Shown: piece by piece, positions 52,812 to 62,497 of the stretch
How positions within the stretch are numbered: position 1 is the stretch's first letter
Layout of the letters: each line of letters begins with the position of its first letter
From: Thermoplasmata archaeon
GTDB taxonomy: Archaea > Thermoplasmatota > Thermoplasmata > Lutacidiplasmatales > UBA184
Direction of reading: 5' to 3'
Assembly (NCBI GenBank): GCA_035945215.1
Contig: DASZAJ010000007.1
Location: forward strand, 136,761 to 200,760
Length of the DNA: 64,000 nt
Translations under genes and position numbers: made by a program
Notes under the pieces: generated by a model
The model's input: only the letters and a program-made list of their open reading frames with translations
Database searches by the model: none
Told to the model about the DNA's origin: nothing

Positions 52812-54020
52812 CTAGGTCGAAGAGGGCGGATCCTCGATCTCCCAGTACCAGCGAACTCGTCGGCCGTCGAACCCGTCCAGCCGGGCGCGGATCGTCGAGG
52901 CGATCGCCGGGTCCTTGAGGAGCCGGCGCACGGAGGCCGGGTCGTCGGGGTTCGCGCGGCCCGACAAGCCCTGCTCCTCCAAGAGATTCCGCATCCCTTC
53001 GGCGGGGTACTGCCAGGACGCCTCCGGCTTCCGTCGGGCGATCCGCTGCCGACCCGGGATTCGGTGGACGCCGAGGCGCTCGGCGGCGTCGTGGAGTTCG
53101 GCGGCCGTTCGACGCAACTCGCCCTCGAGCCGCTCCTCCTCCCCGCGCAGATGGGAGAACCGGTCCACGAGGTCGGCGAGGTGCTGCCGCTCGCCCTCGG
53201 GCACCTCCCGGAACTCCGGACAGAGCGCGCGGAAATCGCACCGCGCGCATTGCCGTCCGGGGGTCGGCTCGAAGGCCCGCGCTCGCATGCCATCGCGTGC
53301 GGAGCCCATTCGGTCGTACAGCGCTCCGATCTCCGGTTCGGGCCGGGGCGGTACGCTCAAAGGCCGGAGGAAACGCAGGTGGTACAGCGTCAGGGACTCG
53401 ACGGGCTCTCGGAAGTTCTTCTCGACCAGGACCTGGTAAAGGGCCAGCTGGTCGGACTCCCGCGCGTCGTCTTGCGAAAGCTCGCGGCTCGTCTTGTAGT
53501 CGACGATGTCGAGTCCTCCGCGGTCGGTCCGGTCGATCCGGTCGACGTAGCCATGAACGCGCAGACCGTTCCAGTTCGCTTCCAGGTGGCATTCGACCGC
53601 CACCGGACGCGGCGGGGAACGCTCGAGAGTCCCGTAGTACGACGTCAGGATCTCGCGACCGAGGCGGCGGTATCGCTCCTCCTCCTCGACGGAGGTGTAG
53701 CCATCGGAGACCCAGGCACGCCGGTATCGCTCGAGCAGCTCCTCCAGGGGCATGAGCCGCCCGGCGCCGGGCGGGGCCGGTCCGACCGGGGCCCAACCGT
53801 CAAGGGTCGTCTGGGCTCGGGCCGCGGCGGCCGCGCTTGTGGTCCCGTCGACGAGCGGGCGCAGCAACTCCTCCAGGGCGCTATGGACCACGCGTCCGAA
53901 CGAGAAGTATCCGCGCGGCGCCTCCTTCAGGCCGTCGACGTACAGGAATTTCCAACGCTGCGGACACTCGAGGTACGTCCGCACCGACGAGTAGCTGAGC
54001 AGGGGTTCGGTCGAGGCCAC
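52812..54020 (-). CDS. PD-(D/E)XK RecB-family nuclease with a Cas4-like Fe-S cluster (Cas4-like, not CRISPR-associated here)
   Basis: The N-terminus has SVRTYLECPQRWKF (Cys1). The nuclease motif is DIVDYKTS. The C-terminus has CARCDFRALCP (Cys2-4). There is a ~130-aa charged C-terminal extension. Confidence 0.7.
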   Translation of the reverse strand: MASTEPLLSYSSVRTYLECPQRWKFLYVDGLKEAPRGYFSFGRVVHSALEELLRPLVDGTTSAAAAARAQTTLDGWAPVGPAPPGAGRLMPLEELLERYRRAWVSDGYTSVEEEERYRRLGREILTSYYGTLERSPPRPVAVECHLEANWNGLRVHGYVDRIDRTDRGGLDIVDYKTSRELSQDDARESDQLALYQVLVEKNFREPVESLTLYHLRFLRPLSVPPRPEPEIGALYDRMGSARDGMRARAFEPTPGRQCARCDFRALCPEFREVPEGERQHLADLVDRFSHLRGEEERLEGELRRTAAELHDAAERLGVHRIPGRQRIARRKPEASWQYPAEGMRNLLEEQGLSGRANPDDPASVRRLLKDPAIASTIRARLDGFDGRRVRWYWEIEDPPSST

Positions 54021-54083
54021 GGGCGGGCGAACCTGGGGCAGGAGATATCGGTGCGCCCGAATCGACGGCGGCGGTCGCCGGGC

Positions 54084-55196
54084 CTACTGCCCGGCGATCG
54101 GGGAGGCGATCTCCAGGCCCCCCGCTTCGCGAGGTACCGGCAGCGTCCCCCGCGCCTGCGGGTTGGCAAGGTTCTTCGGGAGCCCGAGCAGGTCGAGGAG
54201 CTCCTTGTAGTGGTTGCGGATCGTCACCGGGGTCACGTTCGCGACCGCCGCGATCCGGTCCTGGCTGCGGGGTTCCCCCATCAGGTTCGAGGCGATGTAG
54301 ATGATCGTCGCCAGGATCCCGTTCGGCAGGACCCCGGAGGTCGAATAGACCTGTTCGACCTGCTCGAGGAGTTCAAGGACCTTGTGCCGGACCTCCTTCG
54401 AGAGGTTCAGGTCTTGGGTGAACCGGACCAGATAGTCCCGGGGTTCGACCGGCTTCAAGCCCAGCTTGAGCTCGCGGGCGAGCAGGGTGTACGCCCGCCC
54501 CACCTCGATCTTCGTGGCCTTGGAGTGAGCGATGATCTCCTTCATCGTTCGCGGAACGTGGCACTGGCGGCAGGCAGCGTAGACGCTCGCGGCCACCAGG
54601 GCCACGATCTTCTTTCCCCGCGTGGCCTTGTGCTCGAGGGCCCGCCGATAGATGTACGTGGCCGACTCCTTCACTTCGCGGGAAAGGCCGAGGACCCCCG
54701 CGAGACGGTTCAGCTCTCCGAGCGCGACGACCAGGTTCCGCTGATGGGTCCGGGCGGCGCGAAGCCGGTGGTTGAGCTTGCGGAGGTGATAGAACTTGAC
54801 CGACGCATGGCGGGAGAGGCTGTTGCCCTGAAAGTCGCGGGTCGGCACACCGATCTCGCTGAACAGTCCCTTGTCGGGCATCAACGGGGAGATGACCGGC
54901 CCCCACCCCCGTGCCTCGCGGCCCGTGTCCTCCTTGCTCCCGCGCTGGCCGCGATCGGACACCAGCGCGCTCGCGTCCACGACGAGGCCGCAGTCGGCGC
55001 ACACGATCTCCCCACGGATGTCGTCGCGGGTCAGGTGCGTGGAGCCACACTCTGGGCACACGTCGTTATCCGCGGTCGCCGCGACCGGGTTCGGAGCGTT
55101 CAGCCCATCGGGCGGATTGGGCAACGGTCCGGCGGTCGCCTTCGAGGCGCTCGGACGACGGGCGTTCTTGTTGGGAGGTGAGCTCTTCGCTGACAT
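54084..55196 (-). CDS. tfb: Transcription initiation factor TFIIB (TFB)
   Basis: The Zn ribbon is CPECGSTHLTRDDIRGEIVCADCGLVV. There are two cyclin repeats. The Pro/Ala-rich N-terminal extension is about 40 aa. Confidence 0.92.
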   Translation of the reverse strand: MSAKSSPPNKNARRPSASKATAGPLPNPPDGLNAPNPVAATADNDVCPECGSTHLTRDDIRGEIVCADCGLVVDASALVSDRGQRGSKEDTGREARGWGPVISPLMPDKGLFSEIGVPTRDFQGNSLSRHASVKFYHLRKLNHRLRAARTHQRNLVVALGELNRLAGVLGLSREVKESATYIYRRALEHKATRGKKIVALVAASVYAACRQCHVPRTMKEIIAHSKATKIEVGRAYTLLARELKLGLKPVEPRDYLVRFTQDLNLSKEVRHKVLELLEQVEQVYSTSGVLPNGILATIIYIASNLMGEPRSQDRIAAVANVTPVTIRNHYKELLDLLGLPKNLANPQARGTLPVPREAGGLEIASPIAGQ

Positions 55197-55226
55197 GGTT
55201 AATGGATAAGCGTGACGGGTCGGTGG

Positions 55227-55236
55227 TATTTAAAGG
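55227..55236 (-). promoter_or_regulatory. TATA box (cctttaaata on the - strand) about 30 nt upstream of the tfb ATG
   Basis: An AT-rich element in the AT-rich 55197-55300 region. The spacing implies a short or leaderless transcript. Confidence 0.55.
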
Positions 55237-55397
55237 CACGGGCGTGTTATGTTACGCCTGTACAAACAAGACCTACAATATGGTCTCGGTAAGCGGGGTA
55301 CAGAGGCCCTCGGAGCGTGGGACCGGCGCGCGCGTGGCCGAGTGATCCGGATCAACGAGTCGGCGGGCTCGAAGGCTTGGTAACCCCGACGCGATGG

Positions 55398-56672
55398 TCA
55401 GGACTGGGTGACGCTGAACAGGCAGCCGCGGCTCGCGTGCCGGCTGGGATCGGGTTCGCTGACATCGAAACCGGAGCCGAGCTTTTGCTCGATCGCGCCT
55501 TTGAGGACCATCGGACAGAGCCGTCGTCCGACCTCCGGGGATTGTCGGACACACGCGAAGCACTGAGTGACCTTCAGCGTGAGGGGGCGGGACCGGGAGA
55601 TCTCGAGCCGTCCCATCGCATGGCCCCGATAATAGTCGACGAGCGAACGGGCGATCTCGTCGGGCGTCTCGCCTTCCAACTCCTCCCCCATCTGACGTCC
55701 TAACTGTCGGCCGACCGCCTCGATAAGGTCGGGGAGGTCGAGATGCAGCTCCTCGATCCCCGTGGCCCGCATCCCCAGGGTGGCGATGTCGCGCAGCCGG
55801 GCCAGCGGCTCGACCGCGTCGCCCTGTCGGACGGGCACGCTCGGATGGTCGTTCGATTCGAGCTCGACGAGGCGTCGCACCGAGGGCACCGACCGCGACC
55901 AGAGGGGGCGGAAGTACTCCTGGGCGAGCTTTCGGAACGAGGGAGAATTCGACCAGACCGCGACCTGGGAGGTCGATGTGCCCCCGATCCCTTCGGGGCC
56001 GGAGACGTAGGCCACCGCGCCCACCTGATCGATGACCATCGCGCGGGTCACGACCGGCCTCGGGGAGTGCCGAAGCTCAGCAAAGAGGGAGAAGAGCTTG
56101 ACCTCGGCGCGGTTTGTGGGCCGGATGTCGGTGATGATCCGGATTCGAACCCCCCGGTCGTGGGCGGATCGGAACGCCTTGTTGACCCCACCGGATATCG
56201 CCAGCGGAAGGGCCGGCCCCGGGATCGACGCCCAGATCTCGTTCTTGGCGGTTCCGATGCGGCGCACGAGGAACCGGTAGATGTCCTCCTGGCCCTCCAG
56301 AACGAGGAACTTGCGAGGATCTGAAGGGCCGATGTCGAGCAGGCCGGCCTGAAGATCCTCGAGGGCGCGCGTGCGATCGCCCTCCAGACGGCGCAATCGC
56401 TCGGTCGCTGTGCGGATCCAGCGGTCTAGCAGGTCGTCCGGGGGGAGAGCCGCCAGGCGCATCGGCCGGTCGCGCGTGGCCCGGAGCAGACCGAGGACCT
56501 CGAGATGCTTGATGAACCGGTACGCCTCGACGCGGTGCATCGCCGTCACTCGGGCGAGCTCGGAGGCGGTCTGCGGTCCTTCCCGGACCGCGGCGATGTA
56601 GATCCGGGAGGCCCGTTCCGGGATTCCGTGTTGCAGGAGAAGTTCGTGGAGCCGCCCGCCCGGGCTCGTCAC
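55398..56672 (-). CDS. TrmB-family transcriptional regulator fused to a C-terminal V4R (4-vinyl reductase) domain
   Basis: The N-terminal HTH is ASRIYIAAVREGPQTASELARVTAMHRVEAYRFIKHLEVLGLLRA. The C-terminal V4R-like segment is ARSLVDYYRGHAMGRLEIS...LKVTQCFACVRQSPEVGRRLCPMVLKGAIEQKLG. Confidence 0.7.
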   Translation of the reverse strand: MTSPGGRLHELLLQHGIPERASRIYIAAVREGPQTASELARVTAMHRVEAYRFIKHLEVLGLLRATRDRPMRLAALPPDDLLDRWIRTATERLRRLEGDRTRALEDLQAGLLDIGPSDPRKFLVLEGQEDIYRFLVRRIGTAKNEIWASIPGPALPLAISGGVNKAFRSAHDRGVRIRIITDIRPTNRAEVKLFSLFAELRHSPRPVVTRAMVIDQVGAVAYVSGPEGIGGTSTSQVAVWSNSPSFRKLAQEYFRPLWSRSVPSVRRLVELESNDHPSVPVRQGDAVEPLARLRDIATLGMRATGIEELHLDLPDLIEAVGRQLGRQMGEELEGETPDEIARSLVDYYRGHAMGRLEISRSRPLTLKVTQCFACVRQSPEVGRRLCPMVLKGAIEQKLGSGFDVSEPDPSRHASRGCLFSVTQS

Positions 56673-56843
56673 GTCCGGTAGGGGCTTCGATGAGCTAAAA
56701 GGACAGCCGGGGAGGGGGTCGACCCGACGATCCCTTGGATTTTCCCGGTGCGCCGCGCCGCGCCCACCGTCGCGGCGGTGGACAAGGGTTACAGAACCTT
56801 CCTTGGGGCCCGCGCCCGTCGCGCGACCGCCGCGCTCGCTCGC

Positions 56844-57497
56844 CTAGAGCGCGGCCTGGAAGTCTTCGATCGTCAGCGCGTAGGGAGTCTCCGGGCCGGA
56901 ACGCGCCCGCACGACCTCCCGCGCCAGCAACCAATAGACCGTCGCCAGCGCCACGCGGCCCTTGTTGTTCGCGGGGATGACGAGATCGACGTGCCGGGTC
57001 TCGTTGTTGACGTCGCACAATCCCACCACCGGGATGCCGATGGAGACCGCCTCCGAGAGCGCCTGCTGGTCGGTGGCCGGGTCGGTGACGAGGAGGGCCT
57101 TGGGCTCATAGTACTCTTCCAGGTTCGGATTCGTCAGGCAGCCCGGCACGAACCGCTCGGAGAAGGAGACCGCCCCGGTCGTCTTGGCGAACACCTTGAC
57201 GGGCTTCTGTCCGTACTGGCGCTGCGAGACGGCGAGGATCTGGTCCGGCGGGAACGAGGCAAGGAACTTCGCGGCGATCCGGATCCGCCGATCCGTCTCG
57301 CGGATGTCGAGGACGTGCAGCCCGTCGAATCGCACCTTGTAGACGAACCGGCGCATCGACGCCGACTTTTGCTGGGTGCCGATGTGCACCCCGCTCGTTA
57401 GGTACGTCTCTTCCGGAATTAGGAGCTCACCAGGCTGCGTGTCCTGCCCGTCGGAGGGGCTCGTCAGGCGCTCCTCCACGCCGGCTCCACCGTCCAT
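56844..57497 (-). CDS. rps2: 30S ribosomal protein S2 (uS2)
   Basis: LLIPEETYLTSGVHIGTQQKSASMRRFVYKVRFDGLHVLDIRETDRRIRIAAKF is archaeal S2. The second Met is chosen so the start abuts the enolase stop. The enolase-S2 pairing is conserved. Confidence 0.9.
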   Translation of the reverse strand: MDGGAGVEERLTSPSDGQDTQPGELLIPEETYLTSGVHIGTQQKSASMRRFVYKVRFDGLHVLDIRETDRRIRIAAKFLASFPPDQILAVSQRQYGQKPVKVFAKTTGAVSFSERFVPGCLTNPNLEEYYEPKALLVTDPATDQQALSEAVSIGIPVVGLCDVNNETRHVDLVIPANNKGRVALATVYWLLAREVVRARSGPETPYALTIEDFQAAL

Positions 57498-57498
57498 C

Positions 57499-58716
57499 CT
57501 AGGTCGCTCCCGCGGCGGCGCCGAGACGCCGGAGTTCATTTAGCTTTGCCACGCGCTCGCCGCCGAGAAGGCCGCATTTGAGCCCGGCCGAGCCGAACCC
57601 GACCGCGAGGTGCGTGAGCCAGCTTTCCGGGGTCTCCCCCGAGCGATGGGAGGTCACGGTCTCCAGCCCGCGCGCCCGGGCGAGATCGACCGTGGCGAAC
57701 GTGTCCGTGAGCGTCCCGACCTGGTTCACCTTGATGAGAACCGCGTTCGTCGATCGTCGCTCGATCCCTTGGCGCAGCCGCTCCACCCGGGTCGTGTAGA
57801 GGTCGTCCCCGACGACCAGCGCCTTGCTCCCCACAGCGCGGGTGAGGGCCGCGAACGAATCGAAGTCCTCCTCGTCGAACGGATCCTCCACGTACGCGAT
57901 CCCGTATCGGTCCACGAGGTGGCTGACGAACCCGACCTGCCCCTCCGCGTCGAGCGTCTGTTCCTGGTACCGGTACCGCCCGCCCTCGTAAAACTCGCTC
58001 GCCGCGAGGTCGACGCCCGGCTTCACCGGATAACCGACGGCATCGGAGGCGCGCTCGCACGCTTCGGCCAGCAGCTCGATCGCCTCGACGTTGCCGATCG
58101 ACGCGACCCAACCGCCCTCATCCCCCCGGCCGAGCGCCCGCCCGGGATACTTGGCGCGCAAGGCTTCGCCGGCCGCGCGGTGCGTGGCCAGGGCCGCGCG
58201 AACCGCCTGCTCCGGCGTCGCGCCGGGCGCGAAGGCGAGGAATTCTTGGATATCGGGGCCGCCGATCGCGTGCCGGCCCCCGTTCAAGCAGTTCCCGACG
58301 ACCGCTGGGAATCGGCCGACCGGGACTCCGGGACGGCGCAGTAGGTCGGCGAGCGGCCGGTGGAGCGCCTGGGCCCTCGCCAGGGCAGCGGCCACCGAGA
58401 TCGCGGTCGCCGTGTTCCCCCCGATCCGCTCGAATCGGGCGGTCCCGTCGAGGGCGTGCAGGGCGGCGTCAACGGGGGCGGGGTCGTCGAGGGAGATCCC
58501 ACGGAGTTCGGTGTCGATCCGGGCGGATTGGGAGAGCGCCGCGGCCACCCCGCCGTAGGGGAACGCGGCCACCTCGTGCACTCCGGTGCTCGCGCCGCTC
58601 GGGGCCGTGGCGATCCCGACGCCGCCGACCTCGTCGGAGCTGACGGTCGCTTCGACGGTTTCGGCGCCGCGGCTATCGTAGACCATCCGGAGGGCGACCG
58701 ATCGGACCGAGGTCAC
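57499..58716 (-). CDS. eno: Enolase (phosphopyruvate hydratase)
   Basis: LIKVNQVGTLTDT and SHRSGETPESW are enolase signature motifs. Confidence 0.92.
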   Translation of the reverse strand: MTSVRSVALRMVYDSRGAETVEATVSSDEVGGVGIATAPSGASTGVHEVAAFPYGGVAAALSQSARIDTELRGISLDDPAPVDAALHALDGTARFERIGGNTATAISVAAALARAQALHRPLADLLRRPGVPVGRFPAVVGNCLNGGRHAIGGPDIQEFLAFAPGATPEQAVRAALATHRAAGEALRAKYPGRALGRGDEGGWVASIGNVEAIELLAEACERASDAVGYPVKPGVDLAASEFYEGGRYRYQEQTLDAEGQVGFVSHLVDRYGIAYVEDPFDEEDFDSFAALTRAVGSKALVVGDDLYTTRVERLRQGIERRSTNAVLIKVNQVGTLTDTFATVDLARARGLETVTSHRSGETPESWLTHLAVGFGSAGLKCGLLGGERVAKLNELRRLGAAAGAT

Positions 58717-59108
58717 GGACCCTCGACGAACTCGACCAACGTGCCGAAGAAGGTCGACGGATGGGCGAAGCCGACCCGCCGGCCCCGGGCGCCCGGGCGG
58801 GCCACCTCGTCGATCACCCGGCCGCCCCGTGCCCGCACCCCCGCCAGGGCGACATCGACGCTGGGGACGCGGAAGGCCACGTGGTGCATGCCCTCCCCCC
58901 GACGCTCCAGGAAGCGGCCGACGGGGGAGTCCGCCCGCGTCGGCTCGAGCAGCTCGAAGTGCGTCTCGCCGGCTTCGAGGAAGACGGCCCGGACCTGTTG
59001 GCTCTCGACGGTCTCCGGCGTGGTGGCCTTGGTCGCGAGCAGCGGCTCGAACGCCGACAGCGCGCGCTCCAGACTGTGGACCGCCAGCCCGATGTGATCG
59101 ATCCGCAT
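58713..59108 (-). CDS. mce: Methylmalonyl-CoA epimerase (VOC/glyoxalase family)
   Basis: MRIDHIGLAVHSLERAL...GEGMHHVAFRV are VOC metal-binding motifs. It is immediately downstream of the MCM large subunit. Confidence 0.75.
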   Translation of the reverse strand: MRIDHIGLAVHSLERALSAFEPLLATKATTPETVESQQVRAVFLEAGETHFELLEPTRADSPVGRFLERRGEGMHHVAFRVPSVDVALAGVRARGGRVIDEVARPGARGRRVGFAHPSTFFGTLVEFVEGP

Positions 59109-59111
59109 CGC

Positions 59112-60869
59112 CTAGAAGGTCCTCGGGGGCCGATATTCCCCGAACAAGTCCCGCCAGACCCCGGCGATCTCGCCGAGGGTGGCCTTCGCCCGCACCGCGT
59201 CGATCACCAGTGGCATCACGTTGTGGCCCGACGCGGTGCCCGTGCGCAAGCGCTCCACGGCCCGATCGACGGCCGTCGGGTTCCGGCGCTGCTTCCAGCG
59301 CGCGAGGGTCCGACGTTGGCGGTCCTCCCGGTCCTTCGCGCTCCGCCCTTGCGCGCGGCCCCGGTCGGCCTCCTTCGGAAACAATGAAAACGCCGGATTG
59401 GCCTCGAGGAGGTCGTTGACCCCGACCACGATCTCCTCCTTCTTCTCCCGGGCGAGCGCGGTCCGGTACGCCTCCCGGGCGATCTCGGCGGAGAAAAATC
59501 CCCGATCGACGGCGGCCAGCGCCCCGCCGAGCTCCTCGATGCGGGCGAGGTAGCGCTCGGCCTCTTCCTCGATGCGGTCCGTGAGCGTCTCGATCGCGTA
59601 CGCCCCGCCCACAGGGTCGACCGTCGAGGCGACCCCGGACTCCTCCGCCAGGATCTGCTGGGTCCGCAGGGCCAGCCGGGCCGCGGCTTCGCTCGGCAGC
59701 CCGAGCGCCTCATCGAGGGCGTTCGTGTGCAGCGACTGGGTCCCGCCGAGGATCGCCGCGAGGGCCTCGAGCGTGGTCCGGACCACGTTGAGCTCGGGTT
59801 GCTGCGCCGTCAGCGACGAGCCGGCGGTCTGGGTGTGGAAGCGCATCTGCCAAGAACGGGGGTTCTTCGCCGCGAACCGGTCCCGAGCGATCTCGGCCCA
59901 GAGACGGCGGGCCGCCCGGAACTTGGCGATCTCCTCGAGGAAATGACGGTCCGAGGAGAAGAAGAACGAAAGCCTCGGCAGGAACTCGTCGACGTCCAGC
60001 CCTCGGGCCCGAACCGCCTCCACGTAGGCGATGGCGTTGGCGATCGTGAACGCCACCTCCTGGACGGCGGTGGCACCGGCTTCCCGCATATGGTAGCCGG
60101 AGACGGACAGGTAGTTCCACTTCGGCATCTCACGGGTCGCGAACTCGACCAGGTCGACGGTCAGTCGCAGGGAGGCCGCCGGCGGATAGATGTACGTCCC
60201 TCGGGCGATGTACTCTTTCAGGATATCGTTCTGGACCGTCCCGCCGAGCTCGCGGCGGGGGACGCCGGCCTGCTCCCCGACGGCGACCAGGAGCCCGGTG
60301 AGGATCGGCGCCGTCGCGTTGATGGTCATCGAGACCGTGGCTTCCCCGAGCGGGATCCCGCGGAACAGCCGCCGCATGTCGCCGAGCGAGGTGATCGCCA
60401 CCCCGACGCGGCCGACCTCGCCGCGGGCCCTCGAATGGTCAGAATCGTAGCCGATCTGGGTCGGTAGGTCGAAGGCGACGGAAAGGCCGGTCTGCCCGCT
60501 CTTCAACAGGTAGTGGAACCGCCGGTTCGTCTCCTCGGCGTCACCGAACCCCGAGTACTGGCGATAGGTCCACAGGCGGCCGCGGTACATCGTCGGCTGC
60601 GTGCCGCGAGTGTACGGGTAGCGCCCCGGGAAGCCGAGCTGCTCGAGATAGTAGCCCTCGGGATCGTCCGACGGTCCGACGAGCAGGGGGACGCGGCGCC
60701 CTCCGGAACGCTCGCCCAGGCGCTCGTGGGAATCCTGCTCCCATTGCGAGCGGGCCGTCGGGGTCGTCCGTCGGGTCGGCACGGTTCGGATGGACCTGGC
60801 GGGTGCTATTAGGTGATTGCGGCGGGGCGGGCCAGGGGCCAGAGCGCGGAGAGATCCACCTCGAACCAC
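59112..60869 (-). CDS. Methylmalonyl-CoA mutase large (catalytic) subunit
   Basis: YSGFGDAEETNRRFHYLLKSGQTGLSVAFDLPTQIGYDSDH is the MCM substrate-binding barrel. The start probably lies downstream of 60869, since the first ~60 nt overlap pheT. Confidence 0.88.
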   Translation of the reverse strand: MVRGGSLRALAPGPPRRNHLIAPARSIRTVPTRRTTPTARSQWEQDSHERLGERSGGRRVPLLVGPSDDPEGYYLEQLGFPGRYPYTRGTQPTMYRGRLWTYRQYSGFGDAEETNRRFHYLLKSGQTGLSVAFDLPTQIGYDSDHSRARGEVGRVGVAITSLGDMRRLFRGIPLGEATVSMTINATAPILTGLLVAVGEQAGVPRRELGGTVQNDILKEYIARGTYIYPPAASLRLTVDLVEFATREMPKWNYLSVSGYHMREAGATAVQEVAFTIANAIAYVEAVRARGLDVDEFLPRLSFFFSSDRHFLEEIAKFRAARRLWAEIARDRFAAKNPRSWQMRFHTQTAGSSLTAQQPELNVVRTTLEALAAILGGTQSLHTNALDEALGLPSEAAARLALRTQQILAEESGVASTVDPVGGAYAIETLTDRIEEEAERYLARIEELGGALAAVDRGFFSAEIAREAYRTALAREKKEEIVVGVNDLLEANPAFSLFPKEADRGRAQGRSAKDREDRQRRTLARWKQRRNPTAVDRAVERLRTGTASGHNVMPLVIDAVRAKATLGEIAGVWRDLFGEYRPPRTF

Positions 60870-62497
60870 GCGACGGGCACGGGGACCCGGATCTCGGAAA
60901 GGACCGAGGGGACGAGCTCGCCCAGCTCCGCGACGACCTCCCCCGCGAGCCGCACCCGGGCCGCCCGTCCCGGCACGGTCCCGGGCAGCTGCGCCGGCTC
61001 CCGGACCCCCACTCCCGCCACGGCGCCGGTCAGGTAATCGACCATTGACGCCGCGTCGGCGAATCCCGCCCGCTCTTCGGCCATCAGGGCGCCGAGGTGA
61101 ACGCTGGTCCGGGTGCCCGTTTCACTCGCCCGGTCGACCTGGACGACCGGGCCGACCTCGTAGAAGCGCTGGGGGTAGCCCGATCGAAGATTGTTCTCGA
61201 GGGTGCCCATCAGCGACAGCAGTAGCGAGTCCCGAACCCGCTCGTACAGGTCGGAGACCGGGTTCGATATCCGAATCGCCGTCCCGCGCTCCAAACGGCC
61301 GACCCACGCCTCGGACACGAGGACCGGGCTGCACATTTCGGAAAACCCCGAACCGAGCAGGAGTCGGCCGACCCGCTCGTGGAAGCGGCTTTCGGCCCGG
61401 CGACCGCCGCGCGTCGGGGAAGGAGGGAGGGTGCCGTCCTCCGCCCGCACTCCCTTCGCGAGGACGACCTCCTCGATGACATCGACCTCCTGCAGCAGAT
61501 CGGGCCGCCAGGCCGGGGCCTCCACCGACCATCCGTGCGGGGCCGGGTGGGCGGTGAGTCGCGCGCTCGCGAGCAGGTGCTCGACCTCGCTCGCGGGGTA
61601 CGGACGACCCGCGACGGCCTCGAGGCGGTCGGAGCGTAGGTGGAGCGTGCGCGGGCGGGCGGACGCCTCGCCCGAGGCCTCCCCTCCGGCGGAGCGCACC
61701 TCGACCGGGGCGATTGACCAGCCCCGGGCGGCGAACACCAGGCTGAGCAGGCCGATCGCTTCGCTAACCCGGGCCGATCGCGTCCCGGTGGCCTCCAGGA
61801 GGATCGTGCGGTCGCCCGCCCGGACCGCGCCGCCGGGGTTCGCATTGAGGATCGGCGGTACGCTCATCAGCGTCCCCTGGGCGTCGCGCAGCGTCAGCAG
61901 TCGGCCCTCGGAAGCCCCCAGGGCGCCGTACCGGGCCGCCATGGGGTGCTGCGCGAGGAACGCGTCCGCGGAAGTCGGGTCGCGGCCGTCCAGGGGGATG
62001 AAGTCGACCGATCCCACCGGTTCCATGGCGTACCGGAACGGGGGCTGGAGACGGTCGTAGGGGTACATGCCCAGGCTTGCCAGCCGTCGGTCCATCCCCA
62101 CCGTAGCGTGAAGCACCTCCTGGAATCGGACCGCCTCGCCCAGGAGACCCGCCTCCACCCCGTCCGCCCCGGGGGCTCGGACCACCAGCGCGGCGAGGAA
62201 CGGGCGCAGGGGGGCGACGGAGCGGTCGCAAACCGCCGTGGCCGGCGGGTCAAGAGCGAGGGGGGGCGGACGAAGACCACCTCGCGCCTCGCCGAGCGCC
62301 CCCTGGAGGGCGAGGCCGAGGCCGCCCTCGCTGAGGAGGTCGAGCCGGTCCGCCGTGACCTCGACCGACAGATCGTCACCCTCCCCCCACGCCACCTCCG
62401 CCTTCGAGGCGAACAGGATCGACGCGAGCGCGTTCGCGTCGGGCCGTCCGCCCAGCATCGACAGCACCCGCGCTTTCGAGAGCGTCGATCTCGGCAT
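60809..62497 (-). CDS. pheT: Phenylalanyl-tRNA synthetase beta subunit (archaeal type)
   Basis: An archaeal PheT domain order (B3/4 then B5 then catalytic-like). It overlaps the pheS stop by 1 nt. Confidence 0.85.
   Translation of the reverse strand: MPRSTLSKARVLSMLGGRPDANALASILFASKAEVAWGEGDDLSVEVTADRLDLLSEGGLGLALQGALGEARGGLRPPPLALDPPATAVCDRSVAPLRPFLAALVVRAPGADGVEAGLLGEAVRFQEVLHATVGMDRRLASLGMYPYDRLQPPFRYAMEPVGSVDFIPLDGRDPTSADAFLAQHPMAARYGALGASEGRLLTLRDAQGTLMSVPPILNANPGGAVRAGDRTILLEATGTRSARVSEAIGLLSLVFAARGWSIAPVEVRSAGGEASGEASARPRTLHLRSDRLEAVAGRPYPASEVEHLLASARLTAHPAPHGWSVEAPAWRPDLLQEVDVIEEVVLAKGVRAEDGTLPPSPTRGGRRAESRFHERVGRLLLGSGFSEMCSPVLVSEAWVGRLERGTAIRISNPVSDLYERVRDSLLLSLMGTLENNLRSGYPQRFYEVGPVVQVDRASETGTRTSVHLGALMAEERAGFADAASMVDYLTGAVAGVGVREPAQLPGTVPGRAARVRLAGEVVAELGELVPSVLSEIRVPVPVAWFEVDLSALWPLARPAAIT

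Noticed and set aside
51388-55181. Very long ORFs (an 802-aa ORF on the minus strand and a 1236-aa ORF on the plus strand) spanning purP, the Cas4-like nuclease and tfb.
   Set aside because: They lie in alternative frames or the opposite strand of recognizable genes (PurP, the nuclease, TFB), and their translations are low-complexity R/G/P-rich. They are high-GC artefacts.
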